From the IMG/VR virus record IMGVR_UViG_3300024978_000008, positions 14,319 through 78,318 of that record: 64,000 nt of DNA; one strand, 5' to 3'. The translations under genes and the position numbers were made by a program. Positions 18,505 to 29,200 of this stretch are shown here, piece by piece. Under the pieces are notes generated by a model. That model was not told the DNA's origin. It did not search any database and was given only the letters and a program-made list of their open reading frames with translations. Each line of letters opens with the position of its first letter. Position 1 is the first letter of the stretch. This stretch comes from a virus.

Positions 18505-19242
18505 TTATAAAACGTTTTTTATAATTGTCAATGTTGATGGAATGTAAGATGGAACATTAATTGTATCAGATGGTAGCAGTATAGTGTTAATGCAGTATGT
18601 TCCCCATGATATTACAGTAGAAGAAGATTTTTCATCATTATCATCTAATAATGACCAAAACAATCCATCATAATCATGTAGAGATGATGGTGAATAATCA
18701 CCATAAACTTTGATAGTATAATCGCCAACAGTAGCATACTTATGTACAACTGAAATATTATTTGTGTCATCAATAGTGTCAATAAAACCATCACCCCAAT
18801 CCACAAAAGCATCATCAGAAGGATTATAGATTTTTAGAATATATCCAGAAGCATCATTGACACGTAACGTAAATGGACGTTTTGGTTCTGGTGTTGGTGT
18901 TACAGGAAGTCCATTATTGAATGACGTTGATGGTGTAGGGGATGGTGTGCTAGTCTGATATGGTGTTCTTGTTGGCGTTGGAGTGTTAGAGCTAGTAATT
19001 GTTGGTGTTGGTGTTATTTTGTACGAGTATGCTATTTCAGCTTTTGATAATGTTGGAAATAATTGATTATGTGACCATGATTCAATAGTTGAAGTATCTA
19101 ACATGATAAAACTATAAGTCATTTGGTCATTTACAATACCATCTACTGAATAACAAATACCTGACCTAATAGTAAGAGTATCCGATAACATCCATGCAAA
19201 ATTACCAATCTGATAAGTATATCCATGTAAATTATAATTCAT
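18505..19242 (-). CDS. Virion-associated protein: T/P linker plus PKD-like domain; truncated paralog of 21582..23267
   Basis: VDWGDG...HKYATVGDYTIKVYGDY...SWGTY...VPSYIPSTLT aligns with the 561-aa protein but stops where the DUF285 repeats begin. Confidence 0.7.
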   Translation of the reverse strand: MNYNLHGYTYQIGNFAWMLSDTLTIRSGICYSVDGIVNDQMTYSFIMLDTSTIESWSHNQLFPTLSKAEIAYSYKITPTPTITSSNTPTPTRTPYQTSTPSPTPSTSFNNGLPVTPTPEPKRPFTLRVNDASGYILKIYNPSDDAFVDWGDGFIDTIDDTNNISVVHKYATVGDYTIKVYGDYSPSSLHDYDGLFWSLLDDNDEKSSSTVISWGTYCINTILLPSDTINVPSYIPSTLTIIKNVL

Positions 19243-19283
19243 TTTATATCCAATTTATTGTATATTTATTATATAAGAATTAG

Positions 19284-20084
19284 TTATTGTTTAGGAAAAT
19301 CTGACATTGCATCGACATCGGCTAAAGTGAAATTCTCACCAGTTTCAAGCGTATCAAATGATATATTATTAAAATCTTCGGGTGATAATGCTTGTAATCT
19401 TAATTGAATAGATTTTATATAATTTTCTTTAAAATTGACAGGTACTTGGAACCATGCATAAGTGCTAAAAATCATGCTAGATATGTTTATCTTTTGACCT
19501 GTTCCTGACGGATAATTTTCTTCGAATCCAATAGTTTCTAGTTGTAATTGAGTTATTTTTCCACCATCAAAAGGATCATCACTTGTTTGAATTTGGATGC
19601 TTGGATCAAATATAGGCAATATTTGTTCAAATATTTGAAATTTTTGTAAATCATTTGAAGTGAATATGTTCAAAGCAAAAGCTAATTTGTAAGGAAGTGG
19701 AGTTCTTCTATAATTTACTTGCAATCCATCGGGTAATGATTCTCCTGAAGGTAAAAAAACTTTTCTATCAATTGAACCGATACCTTTGTATCTTTCGGGA
19801 GCAGGTTGAATGTCCGCTAGTTTTACTGAAAACATAGGAAGTCTAAGTGGTTTATTTTGTGTATTTGCAGAAATAATTGCTTCTACTACTCTATCAACAC
19901 CAGCATATCTAATAGGTACATTTATCAAGTTAGATGCAGAATTAAAATCATTTTTACCAATTCGAACTTGCATTCCTGAAAATACTGCCATAAATTGTAT
20001 AATGTACGATTTTAATTGTTCGTCATACCAGAAGTTACCAAAAGGTGTGTCGAAAAATGGGATGTTTGGATCAGTAACAGCCAT
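19284..20084 (-). CDS. Neck / tail-completion protein (gp15-like)
   Basis: FWYDEQLKSYIIQF..VFS, VPIRY, LRLP, PLPYKLAFAL.I, QIFEQILPIFDP. Confidence 0.75.
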   Translation of the reverse strand: MAVTDPNIPFFDTPFGNFWYDEQLKSYIIQFMAVFSGMQVRIGKNDFNSASNLINVPIRYAGVDRVVEAIISANTQNKPLRLPMFSVKLADIQPAPERYKGIGSIDRKVFLPSGESLPDGLQVNYRRTPLPYKLAFALNIFTSNDLQKFQIFEQILPIFDPSIQIQTSDDPFDGGKITQLQLETIGFEENYPSGTGQKINISSMIFSTYAWFQVPVNFKENYIKSIQLRLQALSPEDFNNISFDTLETGENFTLADVDAMSDFPKQ

Positions 20085-20097
20085 AATATTCTCTTAA

Positions 20098-20436
20098 TTA
20101 TAGATTATTTATTACGGTATATACTTCACCAAAAAATAATATAGAAGCCATTCCAGTTACATATGCTGAATTAAAGTTTATAGAAATACTATTAGGGTCT
20201 ATAAATGTTATTTCTGGATATACTTGAGTTTGTGAACCGTCTTCATTATCAATGAAAATTTGAACAAACACTTCATAGGAGCCTAAATTATGTTTAACAT
20301 TCCAAATGTTTGAAGCTGATGTTTGAGTAAATTTAAATCCTTCCTGAAATTTTTCGGCTCTCTGATCAGTGTCAAAAATTTGTCCAGTGTCAGTATCAAT
20401 AACGATTTTTTTGATGTTTGGAAAAATATTATTCAT
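20098..20436 (-). CDS. Small virion protein with W..KHNLG beta-domain
   Basis: QTSASNIWNVKHNLG...FIDPNSISINF module, also present in the 561-aa protein. Confidence 0.6.
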   Translation of the reverse strand: MNNIFPNIKKIVIDTDTGQIFDTDQRAEKFQEGFKFTQTSASNIWNVKHNLGSYEVFVQIFIDNEDGSQTQVYPEITFIDPNSISINFNSAYVTGMASILFFGEVYTVINNL

Positions 20437-20446
20437 ACATTTCCTA

Positions 20447-21550
20447 TTATGTTGGAGAAACTGTTGGTGTTACTGTAGTTGTTGGAGTAAATGTTGGAGT
20501 AACAGTAATTGATGGAGTAGGTGTTGGCGTTTGCGTGGATGAAATAGTTATCGATGGAGTAGGCGTCGGAGACAGTGTTGGCGTAATAGATGGGACTACT
20601 ATACCATTTATCAGTTCAATAGGTTGTATATCAATATATACGGTATTTGACGACACAACATGTCCTATACGTTGAATTGAATAACGTTGAGGCACTGTCG
20701 TTGTTAATTCTCCTTGTGCACCAACAAATAAGGGTGTGTTAGGTGCTTCAGAAAAATTCCAATTAATATAATTGGTAACTAATCCTTTAGTTATAAAAGG
20801 TTTTACTTCATTGATTCCAGAATTTTCAACAGAAATACCAATGCATGGATATTGAAAATTCATATAGGATGCCACACCTAATTTTTTCGGTCCTTTCCAT
20901 GTAACACAATGATATGCTGGAATAGGTTCAAAAGATTGAGCCGACATTAAAACTGCATCTAATCTATACGCATTTTTATTGTCTTGTTGTGTATGTATGG
21001 GAGTTTCTGTTGTCAGAAAATAATTATTTCCTGCATTATCTGTAAATTTTCCCGGAATTTGATTAGAATCAAATAAAATATATCCTAATGATATTTGAGA
21101 ATTTAGATTAACTTGAGAACCTAATGGTGATGGATTAAGAATAGCGGCGTTTTCAACATTTCCAGCAAAAATTCTCAAACATGGAATCCAAGATGATCCA
21201 CTCCAATAGAACATTTTCTTTTGTATTAGATCAAAAAAATGTGTATGTAATGCTGGATTTGTTGGATATGTTGTACCAAAAGTCGGAGCTATTGTAGTCA
21301 TCCCGAAAGTTCTAACACCCGTTCTTAAATTTATATCCCAATAAAGATAAGATGTTACGCCCGCTTGAAATGGTCCCCAAGCAGCTAATACTTGTTCAGA
21401 TTCTGTAAATAGATAATCATGTGTACCATATGCAAAAGCTAAATCTATAGGAACTATGTCAACATTAAGGTTAACATATCCATTATTTAATTGCACATAA
21501 TCATTTGCAACTTGTGCATTGATAATTCCTTGTCTAAAGTTTATTAACAT
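20447..21550 (-). CDS. Virion structural protein with C-terminal Thr/Pro tract
   Basis: 367 aa, structural cluster, AATAAATA box at 21573-21580; ends PSITPTLSPTPTPSIT...VTPTVSPT. Confidence 0.65.
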   Translation of the reverse strand: MLINFRQGIINAQVANDYVQLNNGYVNLNVDIVPIDLAFAYGTHDYLFTESEQVLAAWGPFQAGVTSYLYWDINLRTGVRTFGMTTIAPTFGTTYPTNPALHTHFFDLIQKKMFYWSGSSWIPCLRIFAGNVENAAILNPSPLGSQVNLNSQISLGYILFDSNQIPGKFTDNAGNNYFLTTETPIHTQQDNKNAYRLDAVLMSAQSFEPIPAYHCVTWKGPKKLGVASYMNFQYPCIGISVENSGINEVKPFITKGLVTNYINWNFSEAPNTPLFVGAQGELTTTVPQRYSIQRIGHVVSSNTVYIDIQPIELINGIVVPSITPTLSPTPTPSITISSTQTPTPTPSITVTPTFTPTTTVTPTVSPT

Positions 21551-21581
21551 ATTAATTCAAAATAATTTATTATATTTATTA

Positions 21582-23267
21582 TCACGGTGGACAAGTTCCC
21601 CAAACTGGTCGTGATAATATCCATGAAGATGCTCCAGTATCAAAATTTGTAGGCAATGATGCAATATTTGTCACGCACCATCCAGATAAATCCTTATTAA
21701 ATGTTGATGCATTTTGGAACATGGAAATCATATCAGTTACATTACTGGTATCCCATGATGATATGTCTTGATTAAAATTTGTAGCACCGTTAAACATATT
21801 TCTAGTAGTAGTAACTTTGTTAGTATTCCATGTTGAAATATCACTATTAAATGCTGATGCACCACCAAACATGCCACTCATACTTGTTACATTACCAGTG
21901 TTCCATGACGACAAATCTTGATTGAAATTTGTCGCAAATGAAAACATTTGGAACATATTCGTTACATTGCTTACATCCCAAGAACTAATATTTTGATTAA
22001 AAATAGATTGTCGGAAAGTGCTAACCATAGAGATTACATTGCTCACATTCCATGAAGATATATCTATATTAAATGCTGCAGTTTGATTGAACATTTGAGT
22101 CATATCAGTTACGTTACTAACATCCCACCCAGATATATTTTGATTAAATATGGTTGCTCCACTAAACATACTATTCATAGAGGTTACATTGCTTACATTC
22201 CATGAAATAATATTACCATTAAATGTTGCACAATTGGCAAACATACTATCCATATTAGTTACATTACTAGTATTCCATGATGGCAAATCTTGATTGAAAT
22301 TTGTTGTGGATGAGAACATTTGTGACATATTAGTTACATTACTGACATCCCATGAATTAATATTTTGATTAAATCCTGAATAAGCAAACATTTGACTCAT
22401 GTTTGTTACATTAGACGTATTCCATGATGACAAATCTTGATTAAAATTAGATGATCCTTTAAACATTCTAGTTAAATTCGTCAATGTTGTTGGTATAGAA
22501 TTTGGAACATTAATAATATCCATCGGTAAACTTATACTATGAATATTGTAAGTTCCCCAAGACGCTACTGTAGATGCTGATTCGCCGGGATCATCGTCTA
22601 GTAACTCAAAACTTATTCCACCAAAATTTATAGTTGTTGAAAAATAATCACCATAAATTTTAATAGTATAATCACCTACTGTAGCATATGTATGAATTAT
22701 TCCATTACTACAAGCATCATCACTACCATCATCACTACCATCAGGAATATTATCAATAGTGCCATCACCCCAATCAACTGATGCATTATTAGAAGCACCG
22801 CATGCATATAATGTATATCCAAAACCATTAGTTACATTCATTATAAACGGATTCAATAATACGGGTGATGGTGTAGGAGAAGGCATAGGATTATTAATGC
22901 AAACTTTTGGTGTAAAACTATCTAAAAATAATATATTGACAAATCCTGATGTGGGCTGGTTGAAAGCTATTGATATGTTATTTTCATCTATTATAATAAT
23001 ATCAGCTATGCATAATTTATTATCAATGAATACATTAGCTTTGAACATTTTTGAGTTCTTGTTATGTTGTATTTGCCAAGTTGTTGAAACTGTTGATTGA
23101 ATGAATTGAATGCCTCTCGCTTGATCATATATTTCAGATTGTAAAATTTTTACACCATCGGAATATCTTCTAAATTCTTGTACTAATGGGATACATCCAT
23201 CTACAGGAAATGATGTCGATGGTGTAATTGATGGTGTAAGCGATGGCGTTAATGTTGGTGTTGGCAT
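21582..23267 (-). CDS. Virion surface protein: T/P tract, HNxx domain, PKD-like domain, about 11 DUF285 (BspA-type) repeats
   Basis: About 25-aa repeats FNQDLSSWNTSNVTNMxxM; C-cap WCVTNI...RPVWGTCPP. Confidence 0.85.
   Translation of the reverse strand: MPTPTLTPSLTPSITPSTSFPVDGCIPLVQEFRRYSDGVKILQSEIYDQARGIQFIQSTVSTTWQIQHNKNSKMFKANVFIDNKLCIADIIIIDENNISIAFNQPTSGFVNILFLDSFTPKVCINNPMPSPTPSPVLLNPFIMNVTNGFGYTLYACGASNNASVDWGDGTIDNIPDGSDDGSDDACSNGIIHTYATVGDYTIKIYGDYFSTTINFGGISFELLDDDPGESASTVASWGTYNIHSISLPMDIINVPNSIPTTLTNLTRMFKGSSNFNQDLSSWNTSNVTNMSQMFAYSGFNQNINSWDVSNVTNMSQMFSSTTNFNQDLPSWNTSNVTNMDSMFANCATFNGNIISWNVSNVTSMNSMFSGATIFNQNISGWDVSNVTDMTQMFNQTAAFNIDISSWNVSNVISMVSTFRQSIFNQNISSWDVSNVTNMFQMFSFATNFNQDLSSWNTGNVTSMSGMFGGASAFNSDISTWNTNKVTTTRNMFNGATNFNQDISSWDTSNVTDMISMFQNASTFNKDLSGWCVTNIASLPTNFDTGASSWILSRPVWGTCPP
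21670..22470 (-). repeat. DUF285-type coding repeats (about 11 x 24-25 aa)
   Basis: Counted in the translation; approximate boundaries. Confidence 0.85.
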
Positions 23268-23289
23268 ATATGTTTAATTATATTTATGA

Positions 23290-26200
23290 TTAGATCGCTG
23301 GTGTTGTTGTTGGCGTAAACGTAGGTGTTACAGTGGTTGTAGGTGTAATAGTTGGGGTCACTGTAGCAGTATTAGTTGGCGTCACTGTAACTGGCGGTGT
23401 TGTAGTACTCGTCATAGTTGGGGTCACTGTAACTTCCGGTGTTACGGTTACTGGTGGTGTCGATGTTGGAGTATACGTTGGAGTAACTGTAGGACTCATT
23501 GTTATCGACGGAGTAATAGTATTCGTCATCGTCGGTGTGGGAGTAGCCTCGGGTGTAATAGTAATGGTTGCCGTCATTGTTGGAGTGACTGTTATCGTTG
23601 GAGTAGCTGTCATCGTTGGTGACGCAGTGACCGATGGTGTAGGCGTTGGTGTAGTACTTGCACCCAATGAACCTGTCACTGATGGTGTAACTGTAATAGT
23701 TGGTGTCGCTGTTGCAGTAATAGTTGGAGTTGTAGTAATAGTTGGTGACATTGTAGGCGTGATAGTTACTGTCGGTGTTATCGTTGCAGTTACTGTTGAC
23801 GTAGCTGTTACTGTTGGTGATGGTGATGCTGTCACTGTAACGGTTGGCGTTACAGTCATTGTAGGTGTTATCGTTGCAGTTACTGTTGGCGTAGCCGTTG
23901 TTGTCGGTGTTGGTGATGTTGTCATTGTCATCGTCGGTGTAACAGTCATTGTTGGTGTATACGATGGTGTATGTGTTGGGAATACACTTGGTGTAATAGA
24001 AATAGTAACCGATATTGTTGGCGTAATTGACGGTGTTGGTGATGGTGTAGGTAATGGTAATTGTGTAGGAATAATAATATTCTCATTAATATCACAAGCA
24101 CCACCCGGAAATACAGTAGCAATGCTTGGTGTATAATTGCTGACAGTATCTACATTTTGTGCAATATCTATAGCTACCCAAGAAGTCTTGAAAAAATCAG
24201 GACTATTATATCTGAGTGTCATTGCATCATTTAATGTAGCGAAATAGATATAATTGACATTTACTACATTGAAGCTTTCATATATAGCATACATCGCATC
24301 GATGATATTATTAACTGTAGAAAAATTGTAAGTATTTAAAAATGATGTAATATCAATGTTGATAAAATTTTGGTTAGGATCATTTAAAATAGTTTGAATA
24401 GTGGTCAAACCTAAATCTGGCGACACAAAAATTTGTTCATCACCTAAACCATATTGTGTATCAGTATCATATAATGAATCAAAAAGAATTCGGTCTAATG
24501 ATGGTATAGTCTTAGATGTGTCAATAATGTTATTGACTACTGGATATCCGACTAAAGCGCTAATTAATTTTTCCCACAAGAATATGTCAATTTTATCAGT
24601 TTGGTTTTTTCTGAACATTTTCCATTCATAATGAACATTCTTTAAAGCCAATGGTGTTTTGACTGGATTTACACTGGAATAATCATAGATATTACCGTTG
24701 ATAGGCATTTTATCTCGCAACGTGAAATCGCGGATAAATCGTAATGCATATCTATTATCATCCATTACTTGGCCTTTCAATCCTTTGATTGCTACTTGAG
24801 TATAGCGAACAGGTAAGTCATATGGTACACCATCAAAAATATCACCAAAGATAATGCCATATCCGTCATCATTATATCTTAAACCACTTAATATCATATA
24901 AGGATTCGGATTATTCAGTAAATCTTTTTTAGCCTGTAATGACGAAGAAGCATAATTAGTTGTATTAGTAATAATTGATGTATTATTCTGCACCCAGAAA
25001 TAATAATATGGTACAAGAGAACCATTTGTTTCACTAACTTTCGACATAACTGAATAAGGTGTATCATACTTATAAAGTAGATTTGAAATATCCGCCGCTG
25101 TAGGAGAATATACAGGTAATATAACAGTAATATTGTCGCTCAATAATGGTTTACTAATTTGATCAGGTATTAAGGCACCATACATATAATCATTCAATGT
25201 GTGTTGTGTCAAATCCATTGATAAATCAAATATACCATTTCTATACATATTAACAACACCACTAAATGGAACAGTAGTACTCGTTGTAATTAAAGCTGCT
25301 AATATATTAAAAATTTCATCTTCGATTGGATTCCATAAAGGATTATCAATAGTTCCTACATTTTTGTACAATAATTGTCTAGGTGTACCACCATTTGGGT
25401 ATACTTGTGTATAATTAGCAGGTAAAACTGTAGATTCTATCCATTGGTTTACATTAAGTTGTGCATAATCGGCTAACTTACCCCAATTGTTTATTCTATC
25501 ATTAGAACTTGGGAAAATGTATTGATCATAATATGGTATATAAGCCAATTTAGATGTATCCATCCACACAGTGTTTAATCTAGATTTGTACCAAATATTA
25601 ACGTCTGCTGAATTTATAAAATCATTTGTATATACGGCTGGATCGACATTATCGATGATATCCATTAGAGAATATGCATATTGATTATGTTGATTTAATG
25701 CTGGATTCCATATAGCAATCTGATTAACGATTCGTCCTTCAGTCTTATCCACAAATACTGCTGGAGTATGTGCATTATAATTGTAAGTAAGTTCACTTAC
25801 TGTTAAATTTGTTAAATTCGTAGGATCATTAACAAATTTAACTATTTGTGAATTTAACATTACATAATCTGTAGATTTCGTTAAAGTTTTAGTTTTTCCA
25901 GTTGTGTTATCCAAATATGTGATTATAACACCATCATAATGTCCATCTAATAATAACAAATAATTTCCATTCAAATGTTGAATATGAGATTCTTGGTTAT
26001 AGAGAATATTCGCTACTCTAGCGTTTAAATAGAATGATAAGTAAGGATTCATTTTATCTACAACATCAGGTTGATCCCACCAACGAGTATTATCTGTTAA
26101 CGCTACTGATGTATAAGTATCATCCAACGCATTTTCGTCTGGGTTAACAAATTCCACTTTCATCACAGATTTAGTAGAATCCGAACGTTTCATTTTTAAT

Positions 26201-29200
26201 TCTATGTAATTTTTCTCTTTAGAATCTCCAAAACGACCTAATTTATATACCCAGAATTCATCAAGGTCGGCATTGTTGAATATCTTTTGATTGGTGTAAG
26301 CGTCAATACTTAAATTAGTGCCTTTGTTCTTAATCATTGCTCGCCAAAAAATGAAATCACTTTTTGCGTTGATATTGATGTCTTTCATGTATGAATGACG
26401 ACCAGTAAATCCTAAAGATTTACGTCCTTCTTGTATAACAGGTTTAGATTCTAAAACTTTGTAAGTATCGTATAAAGTTCTGACATCATTTATCGAAGAT
26501 TCGAAATTCTGCATCAAATCGTTATTGTATAAAATAAATCCACCTACATTAGGGCGTAATGTTTTTGTAGGTTGACGGTTAAATTCAACATAGAATCTTT
26601 GAGTTTTCAAACCTAAGAAAGGGTCATATATTAAATTATTAGCAACTGAATAATCATTAAAAGTAATAATGTTTTCATATCCATCCACAAAAGCATGCAT
26701 TCCAGTGATATAAACTGGATTAGAAGATGTCAAATTGTTATTGTTTATTTCAGTAGTTAAACCTATTTGAGTGTTATCATCATTTCTTAATACCATTAAC
26801 TGTGATTGTGTTAATGATGTACCATATTGATTATAGATTTTTTGATTAGTCAATACATCTTGTCTATCATTTTTTAACACATCCGATAGAACGCCAACAG
26901 GATGATTTATCGCTACAGCTTTTTTATATGGGTTTAACATAAATTTTGGCAATATTGGAAGCTTTCTATATATTTTAAATCCCATATTGCCAGAACCGGG
27001 GTTATCAAATGTTATGTAATTTCCTTTTTTAGCGTCATCGCTTGTATATGCTAATTGAAATCCCTTTCCATCATTAGATGGAATAACATAATACGGAATA
27101 TATTGTTTTAACGGATTATCAAATGGTGTTGGTAGAATTGCACCATCCAATGCTATTAAAACTACTTGTTGAGAAATATTAACTTGCGTGTTTACTGAAC
27201 TTATATTGTCATCAATATACACAAATCGACTATTTGCATAATCTGATTTGATCCTATATGTTAAATCATTTTGTTGATTTAGAACAGTTAACAAATATAT
27301 CCAGTTAATGAAATATTCTATTTCCAACTGCCAACTATTCATTCTTCCCGAAGAAACTTCTATATTATCCAAATCTTTTGTTTTTGTTGAAAAGCCTATG
27401 CTTTCCATATAATCTGAATAGCCATCTATAAAATCTACCATAGATTGTATGTTTGAAATATATAATGGTTGCGGTACAGTAATAGCTTGTCTTGTATCAG
27501 AGTAGTGTTTTCTCCACGCAGTATCAACGACATTCCCACCTAACGATGTAAATGTGCTTTGTATTCTTCCTACATATTGTTGACTTATAGTATTAGTTAA
27601 TGGTGTAATTTTACCTACATTAGTTATGGCTGAATCATAATTTTTAGTCAAACTAAAAGTATAATCATCAATAACAATAATATAATATGGTGTATATTCA
27701 TCGAACGGCACTGATAATACACTATCTGAAGTAAGATATACTTCTGTTCCAGTTGTCCATGTGTCGGGTATTGTTCGTCTTGAAAGAGGTCTTACAATAC
27801 CATCTACCGTAGGAATTGTTACTGTTAATGATTCATTGACAAATATTTTTGTAATTGAATTAGTTATATCATAATATACAGATTTTACAGTAAAAGTACC
27901 ATTCAATTGTGTAGAATCTTCGATAGTGAAGGTAGCACCTTCATAGAATATATCAGTTAAATTGCCATTTAAATCAAATGATTTATCAAATGCATATTCA
28001 GTACTGATATTATTTGTTATTCCTGTATAATTTGAATATAAGGTAACAAATAATCCAAAGTCTGTTATAGTAATATCGTTTTCGGATTGAACATACAAAT
28101 TACCATCATTAAGGAAAAAAGTTGCTTCTCCATTCAACTGATTATTTAAAGTTGTTATTGCTGTTTCTATCGTAGATGCATTAGTAGCATTTAAAGTCAA
28201 TGAAACATCAGTTATTCCTAATGTAATAGTAGCGGTATACGATGAAGACCCTGTATATAATGTTGAGTAATTTAAATTCAATGATTCGCTGTAACTCACT
28301 ATAGCTTGGTTGGTTGGAGTAACAATTCCTGCATTAACAAGATCATATGCATAGATTTCAAATATGTTTGAGTTTTTTACGGCCCTAAAGCTAAAGTTTT
28401 CTTTTGGAAAATAGGTTATATCTCTATTAATGGATGATGATGTATTAAATTGTGTAGTCCAACCTATACCTAAACTTCTATTCTTAGAATATGTTGATGG
28501 TGCACTTAATACCGTGCTGTATAATGAATCGAACCAGAAATCATTATATCCGTAAGTTTTCTTTACATCTACTTGATAATCTTTATTTGTCATATCAAAT
28601 AGTTGATTGGTGATGGTGAAACTAGGTGTATCTACATAAGCTTCAAACAAATATCCTAGTTTAACATCCCAATCTTTCCACAATGATTTAAACTGTGCAG
28701 CATCTGAATCATAACCATAATATCTGTTGTTATGTATATACCATTGATTTAAACCGTTGGATGAGTAGACGTTTCCATTATCATCAATTTCGCCATGGAA
28801 TAAAACATCCTTATGCGAGTATACATTTTTTGTTGTTGGGTCAACATTTAAACAATTAATGTTAATTAATGAATTACCATTAAATGTATAATATATAAAT
28901 CTTATTGGGTCCAATTTAAATGATATGATCATTTGATCATACCAATATTGTGCAGAGGTTTTCCATTCCCATTCGTTTATGTTACCGTCACCAAATGTAT
29001 AATCTATGTTAGGATTTACGATCACATCATTTACATTCGCATCATATAATGGCTTTATTCTAGAATTGGAGGTATTTGCGCTGTTCCAATATGGTGGTAA
29101 CAATGCATCTGATTCATATCCATCCGAAGTTGGAGTGTTTTCAATATTAATGGGAAGATATGTGAATACAGTGTCTATTTGGTTATTAATTCCTGTTGAG

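Noticed and set aside
18505-22860. Possible diversity-generating retroelement TR/VR pair between the two PKD-like modules
   Set aside because: Divergence includes indels and is not adenine-specific; no reverse transcriptase in the window.
23333-24136. 267-aa Val/Gly-rich ORF on the plus strand
   Set aside because: Antisense shadow of the Thr/Pro tract (ACN/CCN codons give no stops on the opposite strand); the same applies to 20418..20675 and 40305..40514.
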